Assembly: GCF_000284455.1 (NCBI RefSeq)
Contig: NC_017039.1
Span: 600,001-632,000, forward strand
Length of the DNA: 32,000 nt
Origin: Synechocystis sp. PCC 6803 substr. PCC-P
GTDB taxonomy: Bacteria; Cyanobacteriota; Cyanobacteriia; Cyanobacteriales; Microcystaceae
Direction: 5' to 3'
Positions 19,720 through 29,499 of this stretch are shown here, piece after piece. A program made the position numbers and the translations under genes. The notes beneath the pieces are model-generated. The model was given only the letters and a program-made list of their open reading frames with translations, was not told where the DNA came from and made no database searches. Position 1 is the stretch's first letter. The number at the start of each line of letters is the position of its first letter.

Positions 19720-20571
19720 ATGCCCACCCTGGATCTTTTGGGTTTTCCTCACCACTATCAACAATCTGGCTCTGATCGACAGGGAGCTGCCCCCAGCTTA
19801 ATTTTTGTCCATGGTTGGCTCCTTAGTCACCATTACTGGTTGCCCTTGATGGAACTTTTATCCGGGCAATATTCCTGCGTTAGCTATGACCTGAGAGGGT
19901 TTGGTGCTTCCCAGAGTTTAGGCCATCCCCGTTCAGAATATGACCTGGAAGCCTATGGTCAAGATTTGATTGATCTATTGGAAAAACTAAACATTGAACA
20001 AGCTTGGCTAGTGGGCCATTCCTTAGGGGGGAGTGTGGCCATTTGGGCGGCCCACCTTTGTCCGGAGCGGGTTAAGGGGGTAGTTTGCGTGAATGCTGGG
20101 GGGGGAATTTACCTAAAGGAAGAATTTGAAAAGTTTCGCTCTGCTGGGGAAAAGTTATTGGATTTTCGTCCCCCTTGGCTAGGAAGATTGCCGTTGTTGG
20201 ATTTGGCTTTCAGTCGGATGATGGTGGAGAAACCCTTAGCTAGAAAGTGGGGCAGACAACGGTTATTGGATTTCTTGCGAGCGGATCAGCAAGCTGCCCG
20301 GGGGTCGTTACTGGAAAGTACGACGGAAGCGGCGGTGCATTTACTCCCCAAGTTGGTGGCAGAATTACCCCAGCCAATGTATTTCTTGGCGGGCCAAAAT
20401 GACCGGGTGATGGAATTGCAATATGTCAAATATTTGGCCAGTTTCCATGGTTTGTTTGCCCAGTTGGGAACTAATGTGGTGGAAATAGAGAACTGCGGCC
20501 ACTTTGCCATGTTGGAACAGTTGCCAGTGGTGGCGAATAAACTCCAACAAATCCTGGCTACGGATCACTGA
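19720..20571 (+). CDS. Alpha/beta hydrolase (esterase-like)
   Basis: LIFVHGWLLSHHYW, YDLRGFGAS, nucleophile elbow LVGHSLGGSVA, C-terminal NCGHFAMLEQ. Confidence 0.9.
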   Translation: MPTLDLLGFPHHYQQSGSDRQGAAPSLIFVHGWLLSHHYWLPLMELLSGQYSCVSYDLRGFGASQSLGHPRSEYDLEAYGQDLIDLLEKLNIEQAWLVGHSLGGSVAIWAAHLCPERVKGVVCVNAGGGIYLKEEFEKFRSAGEKLLDFRPPWLGRLPLLDLAFSRMMVEKPLARKWGRQRLLDFLRADQQAARGSLLESTTEAAVHLLPKLVAELPQPMYFLAGQNDRVMELQYVKYLASFHGLFAQLGTNVVEIENCGHFAMLEQLPVVANKLQQILATDH

Positions 20572-20661
20572 ATGGGGGCAATTGTTGGCCGTTGACAATG
20601 CTTTTATCGGAAAATTCGGTCACCATAGAAATCAATGCTCCCCCCTTGATTTGGCTCTGCT

Positions 20662-21570
20662 ATGGTCTCCCTGGAATCTTCCCCCCCAGCCCTATCTCCC
20701 CACACTCCTCCCCTGTTTTGGCAATGGCGTAACCAGGCGATCGCCTATCAACAAAGGGGAGATCGAGGGCCAGCTGTGGTACTAATCCATGGCTTTGGGG
20801 CATCCTGGGGCCATTGGCGCAAAAATATCCCTGTCCTGGGGGAATATTGCCGTTGCTACGCCATTGATCTGTTAGGCTTTGGTGCTTCCGCCAAACCTCT
20901 CCCTAGTCAAGCATTGGGTTACACCTTCAGCACCTGGGGCGACCTGGTGGCGGACTTTTGCCGGGAAGTAATTGGTGGCCCGGCCGTACTTATTGGCAAT
21001 TCCATCGGCTGTGTGGTGGCCATGCAAACTGCCACCGACCACCCAGAATTGGTCACCGGCCTGATTGCTCTTAACTGTTCCCTGCGGTTACTCCATGATC
21101 GCAAGCGGTCAGCGTTGCCTTGGTACCGTCGGGTAGGGGCAGGGGTCTTGCAAAAGGTGCTGGGCTATCCCCAGATTGGCAAACTTTTCTTCCGACAGGT
21201 GGCCCGGGCCAAAACCGTTCGTCAGGCCCTCTGCCAAGCCTATGGGGACAAAAATGCGGTGACCGATGAGTTGGTGGCCATGCTCCTGCGGCCAGCCCAG
21301 GATGAAGGGGCGGCGGAAGTATTTTTGGCTTTCACCAGCTATTCCCAAGGCCCCCTACCGGAGGATTTACTACCCCGCATCCATTGCCCAACGGTGCTGA
21401 TTTGGGGGGAGGCTGATCCCTGGGAACCGATCGCCTTGGGGAGAGCTTTGGCAAACCATAACTGTGTGGAGCAATTCATTAGCTTACCGGGGTTGGGGCA
21501 CTGTCCCCAGGACGAAGCTCCGGAGGTAATTAATCCAATTTTGCGACAATGGATTACAGAGTGGAGTTAG
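20662..21570 (+). CDS. Alpha/beta hydrolase (second, adjacent)
   Basis: VVLIHGFGASWGHW, DLLGFGAS, nucleophile elbow LIGNSIGCVVA, LPGLGHCPQDEAPE. Confidence 0.9.
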   Translation: MVSLESSPPALSPHTPPLFWQWRNQAIAYQQRGDRGPAVVLIHGFGASWGHWRKNIPVLGEYCRCYAIDLLGFGASAKPLPSQALGYTFSTWGDLVADFCREVIGGPAVLIGNSIGCVVAMQTATDHPELVTGLIALNCSLRLLHDRKRSALPWYRRVGAGVLQKVLGYPQIGKLFFRQVARAKTVRQALCQAYGDKNAVTDELVAMLLRPAQDEGAAEVFLAFTSYSQGPLPEDLLPRIHCPTVLIWGEADPWEPIALGRALANHNCVEQFISLPGLGHCPQDEAPEVINPILRQWITEWS

Positions 21571-21719
21571 ACCTACCATAGCCACCATTGGTTAGGGATA
21601 GAAAATGGCTTTCCTCCCTAGGGAGCCGAGGATGTCAATGGTAAGATCTTTGGGCATACTGGATGTCAGCACTCCCAATCAAGCATTCAAGGAAATTCAA
21701 CCAGAGGAGGTTTAGGACA

Positions 21720-22349
21720 ATGGGTGAACAAACTCCCTATCAGACGCTGGGTATATCAGAGGAAGCAACTTTTGAAGATATCCAAGCAGTCAAAACTCGG
21801 CTGTTTCGGGAACATGAGGGGAACACCCAGCTTTTAGAAGAGGTGGAGGCCGCCTACGACGCCATTATTATGGAACGGCTCCGTCTGCGTCAGGAAGGAA
21901 AAATCAAAGTGCCGGAAAAAATTCGTTTCCCCGAACGTCAGGTGGAAAGTACCGGCAATGGCTTCCCTTCCCTTCCAGCCCCCACAGCCCCCAGTTGGCT
22001 AGCCAATTCCCTAGATACTCCTTCCCAAAACGATATTCTTTGGCCCGCTGGCTTTTTTGCTGGCTTGATCTTGATCAGTTGGCTCACCCAAGGAGCGGGG
22101 GGATCAGTCCAATCCTTACTATTGGTGGTGGGGGTGTTTGGTAATATCTTCTTTCTCAATCGTAAACAGCGCAAATTTGGTAAGGCCCTACTGCTTAGTT
22201 TAGGAGCCCTTTTGGTGGGGATAATTTTGGGCACTGTCTTGGGTCAGTTGCTCTTGGGAGCTAATGTGGCGATCGGCCCTAACTTGGAACAAATTTCTGC
22301 CACTATTGCCTTTATTATCCTTTGGTTGATCAGCAGTTTTGTGCGGTAA
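21720..22349 (+). CDS. CPP1-like (DUF3353-type) protein: degenerate J-like domain plus transmembrane helices
   Basis: MGEQTPYQTLGISEEATFEDIQAVKTRLFREHEGN...VEAAYDAIIMERLRLRQEGKIKVPEKIRFPE, followed by a hydrophobic C-terminal half. RBS gaggagg just upstream of the ATG at 21720. Confidence 0.82.
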   Translation: MGEQTPYQTLGISEEATFEDIQAVKTRLFREHEGNTQLLEEVEAAYDAIIMERLRLRQEGKIKVPEKIRFPERQVESTGNGFPSLPAPTAPSWLANSLDTPSQNDILWPAGFFAGLILISWLTQGAGGSVQSLLLVVGVFGNIFFLNRKQRKFGKALLLSLGALLVGIILGTVLGQLLLGANVAIGPNLEQISATIAFIILWLISSFVR

Positions 22350-22401
22350 CAAATAGTCCCGACGGCCCACACACCTATGGGTCCATTTCCTCGGAGCCAA
22401 G

Positions 22402-24225
22402 TTATTGCGGTTGGGAAGGGGGAATACCCTTAATGGCAATTAGGGCCTCCATAACGTTTTTAACCACCGGGGCAGCCACGGTCCCCCCATAGGCATTGGC
22501 CCCCTTGGGTTCATCGATAATGGCCACCACCACATAGCGGGGATTGTCCACCGGCAAGATAGACACGAAGCTAGTGATTTTGGCGTTGGCTAAATAGCCC
22601 CCTCTGGGGCCAGCTTTTTGGGCTGTACCAGTTTTCCCACCCACCCGATAACCGGGAATCAGGGCCGCCTTGCCGGTACCCCCATCGCCGCTAACCACGG
22701 ATTCCATCATTTGCACCACGGAATGAGCTACTTCCGGCTTCACCACTTGTTTAACGGGGTGATCGGGTTGCCAGTGGAGATGGTTGCGGGCATCCACCAG
22801 ACCTTTAACCACGTGGGGAGTAACTAATTTGCCACCGTTGGCTAACATGGCGTTGAGTTGCAGTAATTTGATCGGAGTGAGGGAAAGACCCTGACCAAAG
22901 GAAGTGGTGGCCTGTTCAATGGGGTCATCCATAAAACTTTGCCTGGGCTTGAGATAACTGGCTGCTTCTCCGGGCAAGTCAATGCCTGTACGACTGTCTA
23001 ACCCCACCCCCTGCAATAATTCATAGTATCGTTCCGGCTTGAGACGACGGGCGATCGCCACCATGGCCACGTTACTGGAATAGCGGAGCACCTGGGTGAT
23101 GTTGATCATACCTGCGCCACTTTTGCTGGCATTGGAAATGGTCCAAGGCCCTACCCGCACCGAACCACTATCATTAATCCTGTCCTCTGGTTTCAACACC
23201 CCTTCATTCATCGCTAGGGCGACAATCACCGGCTTAAAGGTTGATCCCGGCTCGTACAGATCGCTCACGGACCAGTTTTTGAAATACTCCACCTTGGCTT
23301 TGTAGTATTCGTTGGGATTGAAGGTGGGCTCATTAACCATGGCGAGGATGGCTCCGTCCTGGGCATCCATGACCAAAACTGTGCCCCGCTTAGCTTTTTG
23401 TTGGGCAACCTGGGCCTTGAGCAATTCCCGGGCGGCCCGCTGCAAACGCATATCAATGGTTAACTGTACCTGCCAATCGTTGGACTGCAATAGGTTATCT
23501 GGCAAAGAATCCGGCAGCACAACCCCTTTCCCCGTGCGCCGAATGGCATAGGTCTCCACTTCTCGCTCCAAAATTTCTCTCTGACTGAGTTCTAGGCCTG
23601 CCTGGCCCTGGTGCTCCCCGTCTACGTAGCCAACAACATCGGCGGCCATTTCATCCTGGGGATAATAGCGACTATATTGTTTTTCCAAATCCACCCCCCC
23701 CATCCGTAAAGAGCCAATGCGGACAGCCTGGGACTCGTTGAGGCCGGTGGCCAGTTTGATGCCCGATTCCTTTTCTTTGAATTTTTCTTTTAGTTGGGCT
23801 GGGGTAATATCCCCCAAAATTGCCGATAGTTCCCTGGCAATGTAGTCAGTGGGATCGGTAATTTCCTTGGTGGCTTCAAAGTAACGGGGATGGACAAACA
23901 GAGTATAAGTTAGGCGATCGGTGGCTAAAACATTACCCTGGCTGTCCACAATGGAACGGCGGGGCACGTAGGGTTGCATGCTGGTGCTCTGTTGAGCCTT
24001 GGCCATGCGTTGCAGTTGGTTAGCTTCCACCACCTGGAGCCGGTAAAGACGATAAGCAAGCCCTCCCATGGCTACAAATAAAAACCCCCAGACCAAAAGC
24101 AAGCGCACTACCGGCACCCCCTGTTGTTGGGTTTTTTGTCTGTGCCTTTCCTGACGGGAAATATGCTTGGTAAAGGGAGATGAATTGGCAGTTGAAGAAT
24201 TTAGTTTTGGGTGGGAGGAGTCCAT
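22402..24225 (-). CDS. ftsI: Class B penicillin-binding protein / division transpeptidase
   Basis: 607 aa; N-terminal TM, ALYEPGSTFKP-type motif (SDLYEPGSTFKPV), SSN motif (RYSSNVAM), KTG motif (VGGKTGTAQK). Confidence 0.9.
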   Translation of the reverse strand: MDSSHPKLNSSTANSSPFTKHISRQERHRQKTQQQGVPVVRLLLVWGFLFVAMGGLAYRLYRLQVVEANQLQRMAKAQQSTSMQPYVPRRSIVDSQGNVLATDRLTYTLFVHPRYFEATKEITDPTDYIARELSAILGDITPAQLKEKFKEKESGIKLATGLNESQAVRIGSLRMGGVDLEKQYSRYYPQDEMAADVVGYVDGEHQGQAGLELSQREILEREVETYAIRRTGKGVVLPDSLPDNLLQSNDWQVQLTIDMRLQRAARELLKAQVAQQKAKRGTVLVMDAQDGAILAMVNEPTFNPNEYYKAKVEYFKNWSVSDLYEPGSTFKPVIVALAMNEGVLKPEDRINDSGSVRVGPWTISNASKSGAGMINITQVLRYSSNVAMVAIARRLKPERYYELLQGVGLDSRTGIDLPGEAASYLKPRQSFMDDPIEQATTSFGQGLSLTPIKLLQLNAMLANGGKLVTPHVVKGLVDARNHLHWQPDHPVKQVVKPEVAHSVVQMMESVVSGDGGTGKAALIPGYRVGGKTGTAQKAGPRGGYLANAKITSFVSILPVDNPRYVVVAIIDEPKGANAYGGTVAAPVVKNVMEALIAIKGIPPSQPQ

Positions 24226-24237
24226 GGCTCGAATTGT

Positions 24238-24696
24238 TTAGTAGGCAACGGGCCTAGTGGTGATGTTGAAATTGCTGGCGGAGGCAACGGTGGATTTATC
24301 AACGGAAGCAGGGGGAACACTAGCCTGGGCTGGCAGAAAAATATTCTGGCCAGGACTGGCCTTAACCAAACCAGAACTTGGTTGATTTGCTTCTTGGGCT
24401 AGTTGATGTTTGATGGCTTCAGTGTTGGTGATCAGTTGGCGTTCCGTTTGCTGGAGCGCTTTAAGTTGTTGATATTCCTTGCTCCAGAGGGTGGGGGTGT
24501 ACACCGTCCAACCATAAACCCCTAAAACCGTCGCCACTATTCCCAAGGTAAGGCAAGAAGTGGCCTGTTGAAACCGCAACAAGACCTGTAGAGAAGTGGG
24601 TAAAGATTCCTGGGGAGAGGTAATTAGGGGCGTAGGTTGGGAGGCAACTACGGTGGTACGGCGGGAGGCAAAGGCCGGTTTGGGTAAGGCAGACAT
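24238..24696 (-). CDS. Small bitopic membrane protein upstream of ftsI; candidate FtsL-like divisome component
   Basis: Cytoplasmic tail, single TM (ATSCLTLGIVATVLGVYGWTVYTP), short Gln/Leu-rich helix, then SSGLVKASPGQNIFLPA. Lies 12 bp upstream of ftsI, same strand. Confidence 0.6.
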   Translation of the reverse strand: MSALPKPAFASRRTTVVASQPTPLITSPQESLPTSLQVLLRFQQATSCLTLGIVATVLGVYGWTVYTPTLWSKEYQQLKALQQTERQLITNTEAIKHQLAQEANQPSSGLVKASPGQNIFLPAQASVPPASVDKSTVASASNFNITTRPVAY

Positions 24697-25000
24697 ATAA
24701 AAGTTAGTTAGGACTACAAAGGTGCGGTGGGTGAATTGTCTTCACTTTAACGGCAATGGGACAGAATTGGGTCTTTGAGGGGAAACTTTTAGGAGAATGT
24801 CGATAAAAACGACTTTTTGGTTTCCATACTCTGTTAGTTAATGGCTCTGAATGGGGTTCGAGATGGACAGTTTTGCTAGTGCAAATTTCGTAGCACAACT
24901 ACGTGTTTTGATGTCAATAAATTGGGGATCACTTATTATGACCAGGTTTCGCTGCATTGATACCATTCTTGGATTCATCCATCTGGGCTAAAGAATTTTC

Positions 25001-26371
25001 CTAAAGACCAGTTAACTTTTCCCCCCGCAGGGACAGATCAAGCAATTGGATGGGATGAATAACCCCTAGATTCTGGCCTTGTTTTCCCAGATGTTTTTGG
25101 ATTTGCAAAGAGCAGCCAGGGTTGGCGGAAATGATTAATTGGGCACCGGTTTGACAGAGATTGTTAACTTTTTGCTGCCCCAGTTCCTCTGCTACGGCTG
25201 GTTGGAGCATGTTATAGACCCCGGCACTGCCACAACAGAGGGCCGCATCCAAGGGCTCCCGCAACTGTAAATGGGGAATTTGGGCAATCAACTGTCGGGG
25301 TTGGAGACTAATTTTTTGACCATGGATCAGATGGCAAGCATCTTGATAAACCACAGGGGTTAATTCCTCAGTGACGGGGTGGAGGGTTTGATTTAACCCT
25401 ATCTCCATCAGAAACTCATTAATGTCTCGTACTTTACTAACAAAGGCTTGGGCTTTGGGTAAATATTCAGCATCGTCGGCCAAGATATGATGATATTCCT
25501 TCAGTGTGTGACCGCAACCGGCGGCATTAATAATGATGTAGTCCACCTCCGTATTAGCAAAACTGTCGATCATTTGTCTGGCGATCGCCTCGGCTTGATC
25601 TGTTTGGCCTTGGTGGGCGGGGAGGGCGGCGCAACAACCTTGGGATTGGGGAATCACTACTTCGCAACCATTGGCAGTTAAAACCCGGACAGTGGCTTCA
25701 TTGACGGGGGAGAAAAATAATCTTTGTACACACCCAAGAATTATCCCCACTCGGTAACGCTTTTCCCCCTGGGCAGAAATTTCCGTTGGATAATTATCCC
25801 GAAAAGAAGCGGCGGTCACCCTGGGCAAAATACTTTCCATGGCCGCTAAACGGGGAAAAAATCTGCTCAATAAGCCCGTTGCTTGCACTAATTTTTGCAA
25901 ACCACAATTTTGGTAGACCCAGAGCAGGGGCAACAATAACCGCAACCGCCAGGGATAGGGAAATAAGTTAAAAATGATCCCCCGCAAGAGGCGATCGCCA
26001 AAGGGACGGTCATGATTTCGTTCCACCTGGGGCCTGGTGGCGGAGATCAACTGGTCATACTGCACCCCCGAAGGACAGGCACTGACACAGGCTAAGCAAC
26101 CTAAACAACTGTCAAAATGCTGGATGGTGGTGGCATCTAAACTGGCTTGGCCTTGGTTAATGCCATTCATTAGATAGATGCGGCCCCGGGGGGAATCGGT
26201 TTCCTTGCCAATGACCCGGTAGCTCGGGCAGGTATTCAAACAAAAACCGCAATGGACACAGCTATCCAACACGGCCTGGGGAGGGGGATTTTGGGAATCA
26301 AAGCCGATTTTGGGCTGGTTGACGGCCTGGGCCAAGGCGGTGAAGGAGGGAGGAGCCGACATAGGGACCAT
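25001..26371 (-). CDS. glcF: Glycolate oxidase iron-sulfur subunit
   Basis: CVHCGFCLNTCPSYRV and CLGCLACVSACPSGVQY [4Fe-4S] motifs; two CCG-type motifs (GCVQR...QGCCAALP; CCGSAGVYN). Start could be 26383 (GTG), 26371 or 26362. Confidence 0.92.
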   Translation of the reverse strand: MVPMSAPPSFTALAQAVNQPKIGFDSQNPPPQAVLDSCVHCGFCLNTCPSYRVIGKETDSPRGRIYLMNGINQGQASLDATTIQHFDSCLGCLACVSACPSGVQYDQLISATRPQVERNHDRPFGDRLLRGIIFNLFPYPWRLRLLLPLLWVYQNCGLQKLVQATGLLSRFFPRLAAMESILPRVTAASFRDNYPTEISAQGEKRYRVGIILGCVQRLFFSPVNEATVRVLTANGCEVVIPQSQGCCAALPAHQGQTDQAEAIARQMIDSFANTEVDYIIINAAGCGHTLKEYHHILADDAEYLPKAQAFVSKVRDINEFLMEIGLNQTLHPVTEELTPVVYQDACHLIHGQKISLQPRQLIAQIPHLQLREPLDAALCCGSAGVYNMLQPAVAEELGQQKVNNLCQTGAQLIISANPGCSLQIQKHLGKQGQNLGVIHPIQLLDLSLRGEKLTGL

Positions 26372-26450
26372 GGGGAAAAACACTGTCCCCTATGATCACA
26401 CTTTTTTCTAGTCTGAAACCGTCAACTTACCCTTAACTTAATCAATGGCC

Positions 26451-27527
26451 TCAGTAGCGTAAAACCAAGGCAATACGTTGATGTTGAGAGAGGGTGCCAT
26501 CTTCGACTAAAGCCACTTCCCCACCATTGGCTAACACCACTTCGATGATTTCGTCCACTGCGTCGTCGATGACTTCCGTGCCACCGGGTTCCGCCACCAA
26601 TTCAATGCCTCCGTTAGTGGAGATAATGGCAGGCTCATGGTAGCTTTTCTCCACCACCAGCAATTTACCTCGACCTTCCTGGGCTAAACGCCAGGCTTCC
26701 CCCACGGTGGAAACAAATTTTTGCGCACTAACTGCTTCATCCAAGGAGGTTAAGGCTTGATTTTGTTTAGCTTCCCTGACCGTTTGCATAATCTCCCACA
26801 CCTGGGGGGTAAGTTCGCTGATGCTGGCCCGGTCAAAATTCCCCAGTAACGTACCGGCGATCGCCGCTGAATGCTGGGACACTTCTTGGAAAAAGGACAC
26901 TAAACGATCCACACCGCCCACCACTAACGGTAAATTTTCCCCTTCGTTATAGGTACTAAAAGCCCGGTCCACTTCCTGGATAAAACGACGCTGGCGATCG
27001 TCTCGATAACTGGAATCAGTGTCCGCTGGTAACGCTTCTGTTCCCCCAGGTCCCGTCATGGCCAAGGTGAAGTAATCATCTTCCACTTCCTCCAAAATAT
27101 CCCCAGTACCGGCCAGTAAACGACTTGATCCTCGGCTCAATAACAGTACCCAATATTGCAATTGCCGATGCAAACCATAGACCAAATCCCTGGTGGCGAA
27201 GGTTTTATCGATCACAACTCGAGCTTGAACAGGAAATGGTAAATAGTACAATTTGGCAAAATCGTGGCTCACATACAAAGCCAAACCACAAAGACCATAA
27301 CTGTAATCAATAGTCTCCACCAAGTTGTCTAAATTCTTTAGCAGAGGCTCCAATTCCCGCTGGGAATACTCTTCCCCCAATCGAGTTTTAGCTTCACTAA
27401 CCAAATTCTTAACCACAATGGGGTCTTGTTTATTGCCCGGGGAAGTGCGGTGGGTGGGCAGCAGAATGGAGAGGGCGGGAACAGGAGTTAAGGACTGTAA
27501 CTGCTTGAGGTCCTGACGATTGATCAT
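26451..27527 (-). CDS. Probable bacterial aeRF1-like (baeRF family) protein
   Basis: 358 aa; LSILLPTHRTSPGNKQDPIVVKNLV, LLSRGSSRLLAG, DRLVSFFQE; matches my recollection of baeRF proteins, not checked by profile. Confidence 0.6.
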   Translation of the reverse strand: MINRQDLKQLQSLTPVPALSILLPTHRTSPGNKQDPIVVKNLVSEAKTRLGEEYSQRELEPLLKNLDNLVETIDYSYGLCGLALYVSHDFAKLYYLPFPVQARVVIDKTFATRDLVYGLHRQLQYWVLLLSRGSSRLLAGTGDILEEVEDDYFTLAMTGPGGTEALPADTDSSYRDDRQRRFIQEVDRAFSTYNEGENLPLVVGGVDRLVSFFQEVSQHSAAIAGTLLGNFDRASISELTPQVWEIMQTVREAKQNQALTSLDEAVSAQKFVSTVGEAWRLAQEGRGKLLVVEKSYHEPAIISTNGGIELVAEPGGTEVIDDAVDEIIEVVLANGGEVALVEDGTLSQHQRIALVLRY

Positions 27528-27673
27528 TTTGTCTTTACATAGGTCGATCCCCTAAGCTTACTGCCGGGGTCAGCAATGCTAACATTAAGAAAAATGTCGC
27601 GGTTTTTACATTTCTTTAAGTTTTAGGTAGTTAAAAATTCTAGTCAAAAGTCCATAAATCCCCCGCTAGCACC

Positions 27674-29374
27674 GTGCCTAACCCCAAACCCCTGCCACCC
27701 CAATCTGAATTGGATAATATTCGTCGCTACAATGCCCAGGCGATCGCCAACTATTACCGTCGTCGTCCCTGGAAAGTGCTATGGCGGGCCTTGGAAGTAG
27801 TTTGGTCCTTTGGTTTTTTCCTCACCTGTTTGCTCTGGGATCAGTGGACTGGTCAAGTGGAATACTACAAACGGCAACGGGCGGAGGATTTACGGGAATT
27901 GTTGACCAAACTGGGCCCCACTTTTATTAAAGTCGGCCAGGCTCTCTCCACCCGACCGGATCTGGTGCGGCGAGATTTTTTAGAAGAATTAATCAAACTC
28001 CAGGATCAATTACCCCCGTTCGATAACGACTTGGCTTTCCAGCTAATGGAAGAGCAACTGGGCATGAAAGTAGACGAAGCCTACCGGGAAATTTCTGCCC
28101 ATCCCGTGGCCGCGGCTAGTTTGGGGCAAGTGTACCGAGCGATGCTATTTAGTGGTGAAGAAGTGGCAGTAAAAGTACAACGGCCCAATTTAAGACCAAG
28201 GCTGAGTCTAGATTTATATTTGATGCGGTTGGGAGCACAGAAATTCGGGCGCTTTTTACCTTTAAATTTAGGTCATGACTTAACCTTAATTGTGGATGAA
28301 TTTGGTATTAAACTGTTTGAAGAAATTGATTATTTGAACGAAGGTCGCAACGCTGAAAAATTTGCGGAAAATTTCCATGGGGATGCGGAAGTCAAAGTCC
28401 CTTGCATTTATTGGCAATACAGTAATCAAAAAGTTCTCACCCTCGAATGGATTCAAGGTTTTAAATTAACTGATACAGATAAAATTCGGGCGGCGGGCCT
28501 CGACCCCAGTGATATTATTCGGATTGGGGTTACTTCGGGTTTAAGACAACTGTTGGAACATGGTTTTTTCCACGCCGATCCCCATCCCGGAAATCTTTTT
28601 GCTACCCTAGATGGTCGCATGGCCTATATCGACTTCGGCATGATGGATCAACTGGAGCCAGGGACAAAAGAAACCATTGCCAGCTCCATTGTCCAGCTAA
28701 TTAACAAGGATTACCTGGCCCTCACAGAAGACTTTATTGCCCTCGGTTTTCTTGCCCCCAACACGGACATTACCCCCATCATTCCTGCCCTAGAAAATGT
28801 TTTTGGTAGCGCCATTGGTCAAAGTGTCCAAGACTTTAACTTTAAAACCATCACCGACGATTTTTCTGAGTTGATGTACGATTACCCTTTCCGGGTTCCG
28901 GCCAAATTTGCCTTGATTATTCGTTCTTTGGTCACCCAGGAAGGATTAGCTTTAAGCTTAGATCCTAATTTTAAAATTGTTGAAGTGGCCTATCCCTACG
29001 TGGCCCGGCGTTTATTAACCGGAGAATCACCCCAACTACGTCGTCAACTCATTGATGTGCTGTTTAAAAATGGCAAATTCCAATGGCAACGGTTGGAAAA
29101 TATGCTCAGCATTGCCCGTTCGGACACCAAATTCGATCTTCTGCCCACTGCCCAATTAGGTTTGCAATTCCTTTTTTCCGAGGAAGGTCTATATTTACGG
29201 CGGCAAATTTTACTAGCTTTAACGGAAGATGATCGCCTCCATACCGATGAAGTACAACGGATTTGGGGTTTGGTAAAAGATGACTTTAAGCCCCAGGAAC
29301 TGGTCAATGTCGCCTGGAATGCAGTGCGGGAATTTTCCCTGGCCGGCGTGAGCACCATTCTGCCGCAACGATAA
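27674..29374 (+). CDS. ABC1/UbiB-family atypical kinase
   Basis: KVGQALSTRPDLVRRDFLEELIKLQDQLPPF (KxGQ), AAASLGQVYRA (A-rich loop), VAVKVQRP, FFHADPHPGNLFAT, YIDFGMM. GTG start. Confidence 0.95.
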   Translation: MPNPKPLPPQSELDNIRRYNAQAIANYYRRRPWKVLWRALEVVWSFGFFLTCLLWDQWTGQVEYYKRQRAEDLRELLTKLGPTFIKVGQALSTRPDLVRRDFLEELIKLQDQLPPFDNDLAFQLMEEQLGMKVDEAYREISAHPVAAASLGQVYRAMLFSGEEVAVKVQRPNLRPRLSLDLYLMRLGAQKFGRFLPLNLGHDLTLIVDEFGIKLFEEIDYLNEGRNAEKFAENFHGDAEVKVPCIYWQYSNQKVLTLEWIQGFKLTDTDKIRAAGLDPSDIIRIGVTSGLRQLLEHGFFHADPHPGNLFATLDGRMAYIDFGMMDQLEPGTKETIASSIVQLINKDYLALTEDFIALGFLAPNTDITPIIPALENVFGSAIGQSVQDFNFKTITDDFSELMYDYPFRVPAKFALIIRSLVTQEGLALSLDPNFKIVEVAYPYVARRLLTGESPQLRRQLIDVLFKNGKFQWQRLENMLSIARSDTKFDLLPTAQLGLQFLFSEEGLYLRRQILLALTEDDRLHTDEVQRIWGLVKDDFKPQELVNVAWNAVREFSLAGVSTILPQR

Positions 29375-29499
29375 TTTTTCCTGCTTGTTGGCGGATGAAT
29401 AGAGTTTAAGCAATCATAACGCTTGATGTTACAAAACGTCGGCGGCTTTTTAAGCTATCATAATAGCCTTACTTTCATCTGTCCTAGGGAAGAGTTGAT

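Noticed and set aside
21614-21625. Perfect 12-bp palindrome ctccctagggag upstream of the CPP1-like gene
   Set aside because: Several perfect 12-bp palindromes are expected by chance in 32 kb, and no second copy or T tract was seen.
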